A DNA stretch of 64,000 bases from Candidatus Latescibacterota bacterium (GTDB taxonomy: Bacteria > Latescibacterota > UBA2968 > GCA-2709665), in contig OZ220733.1 in assembly GCA_965116875.1 (NCBI GenBank), forward strand, positions 4,992,001-5,056,000. The letters run 5' to 3'. Of this stretch, positions 9,890 to 20,637 are shown in pieces. The notes beneath the pieces were generated by a model. It saw only the letters and a list, made by a program, of their open reading frames with translations, did not search any database and was not told the DNA's origin. How positions within the stretch are numbered: the first letter of the stretch is position 1; each line of letters starts with the position of its first letter. The translations under genes and the position numbers were made by a program.

Positions 9890-10068
9890 CCCTGCCTCCT
9901 CCGTTTCGGTCCGAAATCCCCGAACACAATTGCAAAATCCGTACCACGACAGATGAAGGCGGATCTGCCGGCTTTTGCGTTGCCAGATTGAAAGACTCGT
10001 TCAATCGATGCATCGAAAGTTCCATCAGCGACCCGTCCCACGGGACGTAAAGCCACCTGAACAATCCA

Positions 10069-10097
10069 TTGACTTTGTCGGTTGGAGATGCTATATT
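10069..10097 (+). promoter_or_regulatory. sigma70-type promoter for the truA operon
   Basis: TTGACT-17 nt-TATATT in the divergent comEC/truA gap. Confidence 0.6.
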
Positions 10098-10251
10098 TCG
10101 TAGCATTCCCGTCGGTTACCGGTCTGCTTTCCGGCAATTCCAGTTCGGTCTTCACCTGCGGCGTCACCGGGACCCGGTGTCCATTCCTAATACCGCGTTG
10201 GACCGTGGCCCCGTCCGCGCCGTTTCCGAAATTCAAGCCGAACCAGCTCGA

Positions 10252-10998
10252 ATGCAACGGAATATTCGGCTCCAACTGGAATACGACGGTACAGACTTCA
10301 AGGGCTGGCAGGTTCAGCCGGACCAGCGCACGGTCCAGGGAACTCTGGAATCCTGTCTGGCTTCGCTTTTGGGATATCCCATCCGCGTCATCGGCGCTGG
10401 GCGCACGGACGCAGGCGTCCACGCACTTGGACAGGTAGCCAATTTTTCCACGTCGAATGGCTTGCCGTTACAGCGGATCGGCGCAGCGCTCAACGGCATA
10501 TTGCCGCCCGATGTGGCTGTTCTCGACGTTGACGAAGTTCCGTCCACGTTTCATGCCCGTCGTTCCGCGAGGCGTCGGACGTATCTGTATCGCATTACCT
10601 ACCGCCCCAGGGCCATCGGCCGCAACGAGGCGTGGCACCTGCGAAGCAGGCTGAATATCGAGGCAATGCGGTCCGCCGCGAGCCGAACACTGGGTCATCA
10701 CGATTTCACGTCGTTCTGCGTTGCTTCGTGGGAGAAGGAGAACCGGAACTGCCGTGTTTTCGAGTGCGCCCTGGACTGCCTCGACGACGCCGTCCACGTG
10801 GAAATCTCGGCAGACCGCTTTCTCCGATCAATGGTACGCGGCATCGTCGGCACTCTGGTCCAGGTGGGCCGGGGCAAGCGCGCACCGGACGAGATCGACG
10901 CGATTCTACTGGCCCGAAACAGGCAGGATGCGGGGCCCAACGCTCCGCCCCACGGGCTGTTTTTAAAAGAAGTCTCCTACGAAGAACCGGAAGAATAG
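10252..10998 (+). CDS. truA: tRNA pseudouridine(38-40) synthase
   Basis: EYDGTDFKGWQ, GRTDAGVHALGQ, HDFTSF, FLRSMVR, APPHGLFL. Confidence 0.95.
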   Translation: MQRNIRLQLEYDGTDFKGWQVQPDQRTVQGTLESCLASLLGYPIRVIGAGRTDAGVHALGQVANFSTSNGLPLQRIGAALNGILPPDVAVLDVDEVPSTFHARRSARRRTYLYRITYRPRAIGRNEAWHLRSRLNIEAMRSAASRTLGHHDFTSFCVASWEKENRNCRVFECALDCLDDAVHVEISADRFLRSMVRGIVGTLVQVGRGKRAPDEIDAILLARNRQDAGPNAPPHGLFLKEVSYEEPEE

Positions 10999-11001
10999 GA
11001 C

Positions 11002-12147
11002 GTGCGGCGACCGGTCTGGATCCTTCTTGCAGGCGTCTTTACGGCATTGTACCTGTCACCTGCCGCCGAAGATCAGTCGGAAAGTGCGACTCCGGCTTCG
11101 GCCGCGGGTTCCGAAATCGACGCCTCCAGAAAAAACGCCATCGTCCGTGCGGTCGAAAGGGTCGCGCCTTCGGTCGTGGGGGTCACCACGGTGAGCCTCA
11201 AGCGGTACGACGTCGGGTATGTGCATCCGTTTTTTGATTTCTTCTCATACCGCGGCACCGTCCACAAGGAACGGCCGGGGATCGGATCCGGCGTCGTGAT
11301 CCGATCCGATGGTTACATACTCACCAACTACCACGTCGTCGAGGGCGCGCGGGAGATCACCGTCACGTTCTCCGACGGCCGGGACTTCAAGGTCCAGAAC
11401 GCGCGCACGGACGTATTGGTCGACCCCGGCGCAGACCTGGCGGTCATCCGCGTCAACGCGACAGATCTCGCTGTCCCGGACCTGGGAGATTCCGAAGACG
11501 TCATCATCGGCGAGTGGGCGATCGCCATCGGCAACCCTTTCGGGCTGCTCATCGAAGATCCCCAGCCAACCGTTACGGCGGGCGTGGTCAGCGCGGTCAA
11601 CCGCAATCTGAGACTGGAACAGGATGAGGGCGGACTCTCGTATTCCAACATGATCCAGACCGACGCGTCCATCAATCCGGGCAACAGTGGAGGTCCCCTG
11701 GTAAACGGCGTCGGGCAGGTCATCGGCATCAACACCTTCATCTTCACGAAAAGCGGAGGGTCACTCGGCATCGGTTTCGCAATCCCCATCAGCCGGGCGA
11801 AAAAAATCGCCGACCGGCTGATCGCGGGGGGCGTTCAGGAGTTCTGGGCCGGCTTCGAGTTGCACCCGAAACTGACGCGAGGGCTGGCGAACGCACTGGG
11901 GCTGTTCACGCATCAGGCGGTCCTCATCACGGGTGTGGCCGACAACAGTCCCGCGTCCCGCGCAAAGCTGAATCCGGGTGATCTGATCATCGCTGTAAAC
12001 GGCAAACCTGTTCAAAGCGCCGATGACGTGGAGAAGATCCTGGAAAACGCGCACGTCGGTGACGACCTGTCGTTGGAAATCGTACGTGGCCGGCTGCGGT
12101 TTGCAACACGCCTTGCGCCGGAGAAGGCGCCTGCCGGGCAGCAATAG
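11002..12147 (+). CDS. HtrA/DegP-family serine protease with PDZ domain
   Basis: Signal peptide, GSGV, TNYHVV, IQTDASINPGNSGGPL, C-terminal PDZ. Confidence 0.92.
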   Translation: MRRPVWILLAGVFTALYLSPAAEDQSESATPASAAGSEIDASRKNAIVRAVERVAPSVVGVTTVSLKRYDVGYVHPFFDFFSYRGTVHKERPGIGSGVVIRSDGYILTNYHVVEGAREITVTFSDGRDFKVQNARTDVLVDPGADLAVIRVNATDLAVPDLGDSEDVIIGEWAIAIGNPFGLLIEDPQPTVTAGVVSAVNRNLRLEQDEGGLSYSNMIQTDASINPGNSGGPLVNGVGQVIGINTFIFTKSGGSLGIGFAIPISRAKKIADRLIAGGVQEFWAGFELHPKLTRGLANALGLFTHQAVLITGVADNSPASRAKLNPGDLIIAVNGKPVQSADDVEKILENAHVGDDLSLEIVRGRLRFATRLAPEKAPAGQQ

Positions 12148-12188
12148 ACAATGAACGAAGAGCAGCCGAAATCCGGAGCCGATACGAC

Positions 12189-12905
12189 ATGAGAAAGAGG
12201 GCCGCCGTCCCGAGCATGGTCACACTCTGCAACCTCTGCTGCGGTTTCCTTGCGATCGCGTATGCCATGGACGGAAAACTGGTCCCGGCGGCCTGGCTGA
12301 TTGTTATCGCGGGTTTTCTCGATGCCTTCGACGGCAAACTCGCCAGGCTGATGGACTCGCCCAGTAACTTCGGGGTTCAGTTCGACTCCCTGGCCGACAT
12401 CTGCTCGTTCGGAGTGGCGCCAGCCGTGTTGATGTTCCAATATCTGCAGGGAATGCTGGATGCGGTGTGGTTGCCGTTCGCGGCCTGTTTTCTTTTCCTT
12501 CTGTGCGGTGCGCTGCGCCTGGCGAGGTTCAATGTTCAGGTCAAGGGAGACGAAAAGGAAGACTTCGTCGGCCTTCCCATTCCCTCAGCCGCAGCTACCA
12601 TGGCTGCCTATATCGTCTTTGCGGAACGGGTCTGGCAGAGCACCCGCGAACCCCACGTCGGCCTTCTGTTGTGCCTGGTTCTGGGCCTTCTCATGGTCAG
12701 CCAGTTCGGATATCCCGCCTTTCCCAGGTTCAGCATCGAAGCGCGAAGGGACCGTTGGAGACTGGGGATCGCCATCGCCGCGTTTATCCCCGTCGCGATC
12801 TTTCCGGACGAAGCATTTTTTCCGATCGCCTTCGCATTCTCGATTTCCGGCGCGGTACGGTGGCTGTCGCATCTGATCGTACATCGTGAAGTCGCGGACA
12901 TGTAA
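12189..12905 (+). CDS. pssA: CDP-diacylglycerol--serine O-phosphatidyltransferase
   Basis: CDP-alcohol phosphatidyltransferase motif DAFDGKLAR...FGVQFDSLAD; LRLARFN; FVGLPIP. Confidence 0.88.
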   Translation: MRKRAAVPSMVTLCNLCCGFLAIAYAMDGKLVPAAWLIVIAGFLDAFDGKLARLMDSPSNFGVQFDSLADICSFGVAPAVLMFQYLQGMLDAVWLPFAACFLFLLCGALRLARFNVQVKGDEKEDFVGLPIPSAAATMAAYIVFAERVWQSTREPHVGLLLCLVLGLLMVSQFGYPAFPRFSIEARRDRWRLGIAIAAFIPVAIFPDEAFFPIAFAFSISGAVRWLSHLIVHREVADM

Positions 12906-12936
12906 CGCCCGCCGGAACCGCAATGGAGTGGGGTCG

Positions 12937-13218
12937 ATGAGGAACAAGAGCGTTGGTCACCTGATTGTTGCGATCTTCGTGGGCATTCTTGCCAGCCGGG
13001 TCTTCGGTGCGGTCTTGAACCTGGTTTTCGGCGGCCTCGGCCTGGAAGACAATATGGTGTCCAGGGTGCTGGTGGATCCTCTGGTCTCTTACGAATTCTA
13101 CCCGATGCGCCTGAACCTGCTGGTGCTTACAGTCACTTTCGGCTTTTCTCTCGATTTCAACGTCCTCAGCCTGATCGGCATTGGTGCGGCGTATTATTAC
13201 GTCAAGTATTCCTACTGA
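12937..13218 (+). CDS. small membrane protein (DUF4321-like)
   Basis: Hydrophobic helices with LNLLVLTVTFGFSLDFN pattern; GGAG RBS. Confidence 0.6.
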   Translation: MRNKSVGHLIVAIFVGILASRVFGAVLNLVFGGLGLEDNMVSRVLVDPLVSYEFYPMRLNLLVLTVTFGFSLDFNVLSLIGIGAAYYYVKYSY

Positions 13219-13352
13219 CCCACAGTCGCGCCTGTTTGCCGGTATCGGCTGCCGCGCGATGCGGCTTCTTCGAGATTCGGCAGACGCGGAAACATCGCCG
13301 ACGGGCCCGCCGGACGATTGGACGGCGGTTCTTTACGAATGCGAGGCAAATT

Positions 13353-13577
13353 ATGCTGGGTGGAATCGGAACCTGGGAAATCCTCCTGATCTTCCTGGTC
13401 ATCCTTCTGCTGTTCGGGGCCAAACGCATTCCCGACATCGCCAAGAGCGTGGGCAAAGGCGTTACGGAATTCAAGCGAGGCCTTCGGGATATTCAGGATG
13501 AAATCGAAACCGGAGTCGATCCCCCTTCCAAGTCCGATCCCAAGACACCGGATTCGGAAAAAACCGCCAAACCGTAG
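13353..13577 (+). CDS. tatA: twin-arginine translocase TatA/E subunit
   Basis: GIGTWEILLIFLVILLLFGAKRIPDIAKSVGKGVTEFK. Confidence 0.92.
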   Translation: MLGGIGTWEILLIFLVILLLFGAKRIPDIAKSVGKGVTEFKRGLRDIQDEIETGVDPPSKSDPKTPDSEKTAKP

Positions 13578-13598
13578 AAACAGCCTCAGGGAGGAAAG

Positions 13599-15059
13599 GT
13601 GGCCGTGTCCGGGAAGCCACTGAACGAACGGCCCGCCCACGAACTGACGGCGTCGATTCTGTCGGGCAATATTACGTCCAGACAGCTTGTCGAGGCCGTT
13701 TTTCATTGCATTCGAGCGACGAATCCGGCGCTGAACACCTACATCACCCTGAATGAAAGCGAAGCGATCCGCAAAGCCGACGAGGTTGACGCCAGGGTAT
13801 CGGCCGGAGATCCGGTGGGTCCGCTGGCAGGTATCCCCGTCGCCCTGAAGGACCTTCTTTGCACCCGCGGCCTGCTCACGACCGCAGGCTCCCGCATCCT
13901 GGCGAACTTTGTTCCACCCTACGACGCGACCTCCGTTGCGCGACTGAGGGAAGCCGATGCGGTACTCGTTGGCAAACTCAACATGGACGAGTTTGCCATG
14001 GGTTCCTCCAACGAAAACTCGGCGTACGGACCCGTGCGCAATCCCCACGATCCAACGCGCGTTCCCGGCGGTTCAAGCGGCGCCAGCGCCGCCAGCGTGG
14101 CCGCGAATCAGACCGTACTCGCCCTGGGCACCGATACGGGCGGGTCAATTCGTCTGCCCGCCTCGTTCTGCGGCGCCGTCGGCCTCAAGCCCACCTATGG
14201 TCGTGTCTCCCGATACGGCCTCATTGCCTACGCGTCGTCGCTGGACCAGATCGGCCCCGTAGCACGGAACGTAAAGGATGCCGCCCTCCTGCTGAACGTC
14301 ATTGCCGGACACGACCCGCGAGACTCCACGTCCGTAGATGTACCTGTACCGGACTATACGGCGGGCCTTGAAGCGGGCGTCGCCGGGCTGACCGTCGGGC
14401 TCCCGGCGGGGTATTTCGGACAGGGCCTTGACGACGAGGTGCGTTCGGCGATCATCGGAAGTGTCGAGGTCCTGGAAAATGCCGGCGCGGAAATCCGGGA
14501 GGTCGACCTCCCCGTAGCCTGCCATCCGGCCTACTCGGTAGCCGCCTACTACATCATCGCCACCGGTGAGGCGTCCTCGAATCTCTCCCGGTACGACGGC
14601 ATCAAATTCGGCAGTCGGACAGAGGGAGATGATCTCTTCGACATGTACTGCCGAACCCGAAGCGCCGGGTTTGGAGAGGAAGTCAAGCGTCGCATCATGC
14701 TGGGCACGTACGCCCTCAGCGCAGGCTATTACGATGCCTATTATCTGAAAGCCCAGAAGGTGCGTACTCTCATCCGGCAGGACTTCGAAAAGGCCTTCGA
14801 AACCTGCGACCTTCTCGCCGCGCCCGTATCGCCAACGGCGGCTTTCCGCATTGGCGAAAAGACCAGCGACCCGCTCCGGATGTACCTGTCCGATATCTAT
14901 ACCGTTTCGGTAAACCTGGCCGGAATCCCGGGTATTTCCGTCCCCTGCGGCGTCTCAGAGGCAGGCCTGCCCATTGGACTGCAACTGCTCGCGCCGGCCT
15001 TCAGGGAAGATCGTCTGCTCAGGACCGCTAACGTGGTCGAACAGGAGTGGAACCGATGA
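13599..15059 (+). CDS. gatA: Asp/Glu-tRNA amidotransferase subunit A
   Basis: Amidase signature [31 protein letters not shown]; SAGYYDAYY. Confidence 0.95.
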   Translation: MAVSGKPLNERPAHELTASILSGNITSRQLVEAVFHCIRATNPALNTYITLNESEAIRKADEVDARVSAGDPVGPLAGIPVALKDLLCTRGLLTTAGSRILANFVPPYDATSVARLREADAVLVGKLNMDEFAMGSSNENSAYGPVRNPHDPTRVPGGSSGASAASVAANQTVLALGTDTGGSIRLPASFCGAVGLKPTYGRVSRYGLIAYASSLDQIGPVARNVKDAALLLNVIAGHDPRDSTSVDVPVPDYTAGLEAGVAGLTVGLPAGYFGQGLDDEVRSAIIGSVEVLENAGAEIREVDLPVACHPAYSVAAYYIIATGEASSNLSRYDGIKFGSRTEGDDLFDMYCRTRSAGFGEEVKRRIMLGTYALSAGYYDAYYLKAQKVRTLIRQDFEKAFETCDLLAAPVSPTAAFRIGEKTSDPLRMYLSDIYTVSVNLAGIPGISVPCGVSEAGLPIGLQLLAPAFREDRLLRTANVVEQEWNR

Positions 15060-16525
15060 AGTACGAGCCCGTCATCGGTCTTGAGGTCCATGCCCAGCTC
15101 GCCACGAGAACCAAGATATTCTGCGGCTGCGGCGTGTCTTTCGGAGACGAAGCCAATTCGCGCACCTGCCCGGTCTGTCTCGGGTTGCCGGGTGCCCTGC
15201 CCGTGTTGAACCGGGAGGCCGTAGACCATGCCATTCGCATCGCCCTGGCGGTAGGCTGCACCGTCCAGCGTCGAAGCCGCTTCCTGAGAAAGAACTATTT
15301 TTATCCCGATCTGCCAAAGGGGTATCAGATTTCCCAGTTTCAGTCCAACGAAGAAATGCCCCTGGCCACGGGAGGAGGCATCGAAATCCCCTCGGGGAAC
15401 GGCACGAAGACCGTGCGCCTCATTCGCATCCACATGGAGGAAGACGCGGGCAAGAGCATCCATGACGAAGCTTTCGTAGCCGCCGGCGAGTCTCTGGTGG
15501 ACGTCAATCGCTGCGGGGTCCCTCTCATCGAAATCGTCACCGAACCGGACATCGCTTCGCCGGAAGAAGCTTACCATTTCATGTCCCGCCTGCGCCAGTT
15601 GCTGACCTACACCGGCGTTTCGGAAGGGAACATGGAAAAGGGCCACGTGCGGATCGACGCAAACGTGTCGATCCGGCCGAGTGGAACCAGCGGACTCGGC
15701 ACGAAAGTCGAAATCAAGAACATGAACTCCATACGCAACTGCCGGCGTGCGCTCGAACTCGAAATCCTGCGTCAGATCGACACGTCCGAAGCCGGCGGCG
15801 AAATCAGACAGCAGACGCTGTTGTTCGATCCGGACCGCAGCCGGCTGCGCGCGATGCGGGGCAAGGAGTCTTCCGACGACTACCGCTATTTCCCCGAACC
15901 GGATCTCGTTCCGGTCGTCGTCGATCGTGAGTGGGTCGACCGGGTGCAGGCCACCGTCCCCGAATTGCCTCGCGAGAGACGCGCCCGTTTCGCGTCTGCC
16001 TATGGTCTCCGGACGGAACAGATCGATACGCTGGTCGCGGAACGAAATGTGGCCGACTATTTTGAAGCCGCCATATCGGCCGGGGCCGAGCCTGCAGCCG
16101 CTGCGAACTGGGTGCAAGGCGACGTCCTGCGCACGCTCAACGAGCGCAAGATCGATATAGCTGAACTCAGGGCCACCCCGGAAGGTCTGGCCGCGCTGCT
16201 CGATCTGATCGGGGCCGGCGCCATCAGTGCAAACATTGCGAGAGACGTATTCGCGACGATGGCCGAGACCGGCGCGTCGCCCGAAGCGGTCGTCGAACAG
16301 CAGGGTCTGGCGCAGATCAGCGATTCAACCGAGATCGAGGAATTGATCGCCGGCGTGATTTCGGAACACCCCGACGAGGTTGCCCGATACGGAAGAGGCG
16401 ACAGAAAGCTGCTGGGTTTCTTCATGGGGCAGATTATGAAGGCCACAAGAGGCCAGGCGAACCCCAAAGTGGCCAATCAGTTGTTGCGCCGGAAGCTGGA
16501 GGATGGGACCGCACGTCCCGGTTAG
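15056..16525 (+). CDS. gatB: Asp/Glu-tRNA amidotransferase subunit B
   Basis: [44 protein letters not shown]. Confidence 0.96.
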   Translation: MKYEPVIGLEVHAQLATRTKIFCGCGVSFGDEANSRTCPVCLGLPGALPVLNREAVDHAIRIALAVGCTVQRRSRFLRKNYFYPDLPKGYQISQFQSNEEMPLATGGGIEIPSGNGTKTVRLIRIHMEEDAGKSIHDEAFVAAGESLVDVNRCGVPLIEIVTEPDIASPEEAYHFMSRLRQLLTYTGVSEGNMEKGHVRIDANVSIRPSGTSGLGTKVEIKNMNSIRNCRRALELEILRQIDTSEAGGEIRQQTLLFDPDRSRLRAMRGKESSDDYRYFPEPDLVPVVVDREWVDRVQATVPELPRERRARFASAYGLRTEQIDTLVAERNVADYFEAAISAGAEPAAAANWVQGDVLRTLNERKIDIAELRATPEGLAALLDLIGAGAISANIARDVFATMAETGASPEAVVEQQGLAQISDSTEIEELIAGVISEHPDEVARYGRGDRKLLGFFMGQIMKATRGQANPKVANQLLRRKLEDGTARPG

Positions 16526-16527
16526 CC

Positions 16528-17208
16528 GTGAGTACCTTTCTCGTTCTCTTTGCAAGGAACCCCGAACCCGGCTCAGTCAAGACCAGACTGCATACCCGGT
16601 ACACGCCGACTCAGGCTGCTGCAATCTATCGCGCATTCATCCTGGATACCGTAAACGCCGCGAGTGAAGCGACCGCAGACCGGCGCTGCGTGGCCTGCGA
16701 CCCGCCCGGTTCCGAAGCCGTACTTTCCGATCTGGCCGGACCGGGCTGGTACCTGTTCCCGCAGGCCTGCGCCGATCTCGGCCAACGTATGTTTCAGGCC
16801 GCCCGCCACTGTTTCGATCTGGGCGCCGGACGCGTCGTGATCGCAGGAACCGACGTGCCTTCGCTGCCCCCGGACCACGTCAACCGGGCCTTCGAACTCC
16901 TTCAGGAGCACGACGTCGTACTCGGTCCCAGCATCGACGGCGGGTACTACCTGGTTGGCCTCGCCAGGCCCCTGCGCGAGATCTTCCTGGACATCGCATG
17001 GAGTACGGAGCGCGTTTTCGACCAGACGCTTGAACGGGTGCGGGCCCTGGGTGTCACCGCCGGCATCCTGCCGACCTGGTACGACGTGGACACCCCGGAG
17101 CAGTTGGACCATCTTGTCGATGACACGCGCGCGCATCTCCAGTCCGGTTCGACGGACCCCATACCACACACGCGCGCCTGTCTCTCAACCCTGAACCGCC
17201 TTGCCTGA
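16528..17208 (+). CDS. DUF2064 / TIGR04282-type glycosyltransferase-like protein
   Basis: FARNPEPGSVKTRL, DLGQRM, VLGPSIDGGYYLVG, WYDVDT. Confidence 0.8.
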   Translation: MSTFLVLFARNPEPGSVKTRLHTRYTPTQAAAIYRAFILDTVNAASEATADRRCVACDPPGSEAVLSDLAGPGWYLFPQACADLGQRMFQAARHCFDLGAGRVVIAGTDVPSLPPDHVNRAFELLQEHDVVLGPSIDGGYYLVGLARPLREIFLDIAWSTERVFDQTLERVRALGVTAGILPTWYDVDTPEQLDHLVDDTRAHLQSGSTDPIPHTRACLSTLNRLA

Positions 17209-17257
17209 GGGGACGGCGCAAAGGGAAGGAAACGGTGCTGACCATGAAGGAAACCGG

Positions 17258-18400
17258 ATGAAAATCGATCGCATCGAACAGTTCTTTCCACGGCCGCGCA
17301 CCCGCCTTTTGAAAATCACGACCGATAACGGTCTCACGGGATGGGGGGAAACCACGCTGGAAGGCCGGCCCGGAAGCACCGTGGCCGCTATCGAGGAACT
17401 GGCAGCCTATCTCTCGGGCAAGGACCCGCTCCGAATTCAGCACCACTGGCAGCATATCTACCGTTCCGCGTTCTATCGGGGAGGCGCCGTCCTCATGACC
17501 GCCCTGTCGGGGATCGACCAGGCGCTCTGGGACATCGCCGGCAAAACCCATGGCGCGCCCGTGTACCGGTTGCTTGGCGGACCGGTCCGGGACAGGATCC
17601 GGGTCTATGCGCACTGGGGAATCACCGGTCTTTCGGAAGAGGAGCAGGCCCAGTCAAGGCGACGACTGGACAACCTCCGGAGAACCGGAGGCTATCAGGC
17701 TTTCAAGACCGGACCCGGCGGAAAGTGGCGGGGCCATGAACCCCCCGCCGTGATCGATGAATTCGTCCGCCGGGCGTACCTGATGCGGGAATGGGTGGGG
17801 CCCGACGTGGAGCTGTGTTTCGATTTTCATGGGAAGATGACGCCGGCGCTGGCGATTGAAATCTGCCACGAACTCAAGGGGATGCGTCCGATGTTCGTGG
17901 AAGAACCCGTCCCGCAGGAGAACGTGGACGCCCTGAAGCGCGTCTCCGACCGGGTCCCTTTTCCCGTCGCCACCGGCGAGCGGCTGCTCAGCAGATGGGA
18001 ATTCCGCAGGATATTCGAGAATCAGGCCGCAGCCTACATCCAGCCGGACGTTTCGCACGCCGGAGGCATTTCCGAAACCCTCAGGATTGCGAACATGGCC
18101 GAAGTTTACTATATGCACATCATGCCCCATTGCGCCATCGGACCTGTCGCGTTCACGTCATGCCTGCACGTCGATGCCGTTGCGCCCAATTTTCTGATTC
18201 AGGAGCAGGTCGACGCTTGCCTTGGAGAAGGACTGCTGCAGAACCCCTGGCGGGTGAAGGACGGACACATTCTGCTGCCCACGGAACCCGGACTGGGCAT
18301 TGAACTCGATGAACGCGAAGTCCGGAGAGCGTGCAGGTACACGGAGGAACTCGGCGGCGAATACACGTATGAGTCCGACGGGAGCGTGGCCGACTGGTAG
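17258..18400 (+). CDS. mandelate racemase family enolase (galactonate dehydratase-like)
   Basis: SGIDQALWDIAGK, DFHGK, FVEEP, ATGERL, QPDVSHAGGI. Confidence 0.85.
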   Translation: MKIDRIEQFFPRPRTRLLKITTDNGLTGWGETTLEGRPGSTVAAIEELAAYLSGKDPLRIQHHWQHIYRSAFYRGGAVLMTALSGIDQALWDIAGKTHGAPVYRLLGGPVRDRIRVYAHWGITGLSEEEQAQSRRRLDNLRRTGGYQAFKTGPGGKWRGHEPPAVIDEFVRRAYLMREWVGPDVELCFDFHGKMTPALAIEICHELKGMRPMFVEEPVPQENVDALKRVSDRVPFPVATGERLLSRWEFRRIFENQAAAYIQPDVSHAGGISETLRIANMAEVYYMHIMPHCAIGPVAFTSCLHVDAVAPNFLIQEQVDACLGEGLLQNPWRVKDGHILLPTEPGLGIELDEREVRRACRYTEELGGEYTYESDGSVADW

Positions 18401-18480
18401 GTGAATCCAATTCTTCCGATGGACGCCATACCGGGGCATGGGCCGGCGACCGCGCGGGCGATTGCGCGGTACATTTCAGG

Positions 18481-19749
18481 TTAACGCCAGTGTCGCTGAA
18501 TCGGTACCGGCACAATCGTCGTCTCCCAGTAGTCCTGGGGCAGATCACGCCACTCCGCGACGGTCAGGGCGTCGCTGTCCCATACCACCTCGCCCCTTCG
18601 CAGCGTCAGTTTGCACACCAGGCGTTCGTTTCCGTCCATCCGACCCCATCCGCAGTCGCGGAAGGAAACCGCTCCCTTCAGGCGGGCGAGTACGGCAACG
18701 TCCGCCTCCTCCCCAACCCCGAGCGTGCCCAGGTCCGGCCTGCGAATCGCCTGCGCCGGCGCCGCCGTCGACCGGTAGATCACCTCCCGCAACGGCATGC
18801 CCATCAGGAGACACTTGGACATCGTGTCGGTCATGCCGACCACGGACCCGCGGATGTTTCCGGTATGCAGGTCCGTACTGATCGAGTCCGGCGGAAACCC
18901 GTCCGCTATCGCAGGCACGCCGTTGCGGTACCAGAAACTGGCCGCGCCGTGGCCGAGATCAAACCAGACACCGCGTTCTCTGGCCTCGAACATGTAGTCC
19001 TGCACCTTACCGTGCGCGTCGACGACGGGAAACTGCCGGGCAAAAACGTGCGTGTGAATGTCGGCCGGACGCAGCTTGCGGAGGATCAGATCCCGGTAGG
19101 AACGCTGCGGCGGCCGGGGCCAGAAGTCAACCATCACCGGCATCCCGCACAGGTCGCCGGCCGCCACCGCCCCTTCAACGGAGGCCCAGGGAGGATGGCC
19201 GGCGTCGAACGGCCCTCGCGGCCAGTAGTGTGCCGTCTTGATGCCAACGACCACGTCCCTGTGGTCCAACGCGGCCGATGCCGCGCCGGGTGCGTCGAAC
19301 GTGCGGATATCCTGCTCCGAACTCCCCATTCCCGGCGCCGAGATGTTCACGAACGCCAATATCCGGCAGATCCTCTTCTCCATCACGGTCTGTCTGAAAT
19401 GCGTGATTTCTTCACATCCCGCCGTCCCGGTATCCACGCAGGTCGTCACGCCGTCGCTCAAAAAGTGCGCGTCCGCGTTCAGACTGGCGGTGAATTTTCC
19501 GGACCCCGGGTCCAGCCGGGTGTCGTAGGCATGGACATGAATGTCCACCAGCCCCGGCGTGACCAGAAGGCCCGATACGTCGATGACGCGCGCCGCCGCC
19601 CGCCGCAGGTCCGTACCCGCGGAGACTATGGCGATCTTTCCGTCCCGAATGCCCACGTCGCGAATTCCTTCAACGTCGTTCGCGGGATCGATGACGTACC
19701 CGCCCTTCAGCAGCAAGTCCAACCGAATATCCTCCGGAACTCGTTCCAT
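18481..19749 (-). CDS. amidohydrolase/deacetylase family metallohydrolase (dihydroorotase-like)
   Basis: PGLVDIHVH, GVTTCVDTGTAG, DLGHGAASF, SISTDLH. Confidence 0.85.
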   Translation of the reverse strand: MERVPEDIRLDLLLKGGYVIDPANDVEGIRDVGIRDGKIAIVSAGTDLRRAAARVIDVSGLLVTPGLVDIHVHAYDTRLDPGSGKFTASLNADAHFLSDGVTTCVDTGTAGCEEITHFRQTVMEKRICRILAFVNISAPGMGSSEQDIRTFDAPGAASAALDHRDVVVGIKTAHYWPRGPFDAGHPPWASVEGAVAAGDLCGMPVMVDFWPRPPQRSYRDLILRKLRPADIHTHVFARQFPVVDAHGKVQDYMFEARERGVWFDLGHGAASFWYRNGVPAIADGFPPDSISTDLHTGNIRGSVVGMTDTMSKCLLMGMPLREVIYRSTAAPAQAIRRPDLGTLGVGEEADVAVLARLKGAVSFRDCGWGRMDGNERLVCKLTLRRGEVVWDSDALTVAEWRDLPQDYWETTIVPVPIQRHWR

Positions 19750-19944
19750 TGTTACGAACTCCCTCTCTTCGGGTGAGATTACGACGGCTGCGAGCGTGGC
19801 GGCCGATGGCATTCTGGCGGCCTGCTTCCGCGCGCGTCACGGTGTGCCGCAGGCCCCGGGCGCCGCACATTCGAAGCCCGGGATTTCCGTTTCTGGCCGG
19901 ATGTGCGCGTCAATTTTTCCTGCGTTAACCCGGCGACTAGAATT

Positions 19945-19972
19945 TTGAATTTAGTACGCCATATGTTATATT
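19945..19972 (+). promoter_or_regulatory. sigma70-type promoter with extended -10
   Basis: TTGAAT-16 nt-TATATT with TG upstream of the -10, in an AT-rich divergent gap. Confidence 0.45.
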
Positions 19973-20069
19973 GTAGCCGCAATTGTCAGCAGTCGTCCAC
20001 TCTTTTCGCACGGTCCGGCTGGCGCACCGAAGGAAGAGGCTCACGCCGGATCGGTGAGCGGGTGAAACC

Positions 20070-20612
20070 TTGAAACGGAAGAAGCTCGGGCTGAACAGAT
20101 TTCAGAAGCGCGCATTCAGGATCGGAGAGGCGCGCTTCAGTGGCGAGAACATCGGGAAGCTCATCGAACTCTCCCGAAGCCGCGACCCGGAAGACCGGGA
20201 GACCGCCGCCAGATTCCTCTGCCCCTGCCATATCAGACGGCGCCGTGAGGACGTGTGGCAGGCGCTTTACCGTATGCTCGAAGACCCCGATCGGGGCGTG
20301 CGCAAAGCCGCGTGGCACACCCTGGAAGACGGCGGACGACCGGACGACCCGGCACTTGGCGCCATATTCGAACGCACTGCGGAAAAGGAGCCCGACAAGG
20401 GGATCCGGCGCCAGGCCGCCGCCTATCTGAAAGCCCGCGGAGGCCCTTCAGAATCTGCACGCAGGGCAGATGCGCAAACCGGGAGACGCAAACGCGGGAA
20501 ATGCGACTATTGCGGCTCAACGGACGTATTCGTCAAGACCGACTTCGAGATTGAGATTCCGGACGGCGGCCAGATGCGGTTCGGCCTCGTCTGCGAGTGC
20601 TGCGCCAGTTGA
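20070..20612 (+). CDS. HEAT-repeat protein with C-terminal CxxC...CxxC zinc ribbon
   Basis: EDPDRGVRKAAWHTL and EPDKGIRRQA HEAT-like repeats; CDYC...CECC. Confidence 0.65.
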   Translation: MKRKKLGLNRFQKRAFRIGEARFSGENIGKLIELSRSRDPEDRETAARFLCPCHIRRRREDVWQALYRMLEDPDRGVRKAAWHTLEDGGRPDDPALGAIFERTAEKEPDKGIRRQAAAYLKARGGPSESARRADAQTGRRKRGKCDYCGSTDVFVKTDFEIEIPDGGQMRFGLVCECCAS

Positions 20613-20637
20613 GTTCAGCGTGTAAACAGGAGGAGAC

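Noticed and set aside
18490-19776. Long antisense ORFs (also 14897-16117, 24281-25561, 28378-29709, 56665-58542)
   Set aside because: Shadow frames of real genes in high-GC DNA; no motifs
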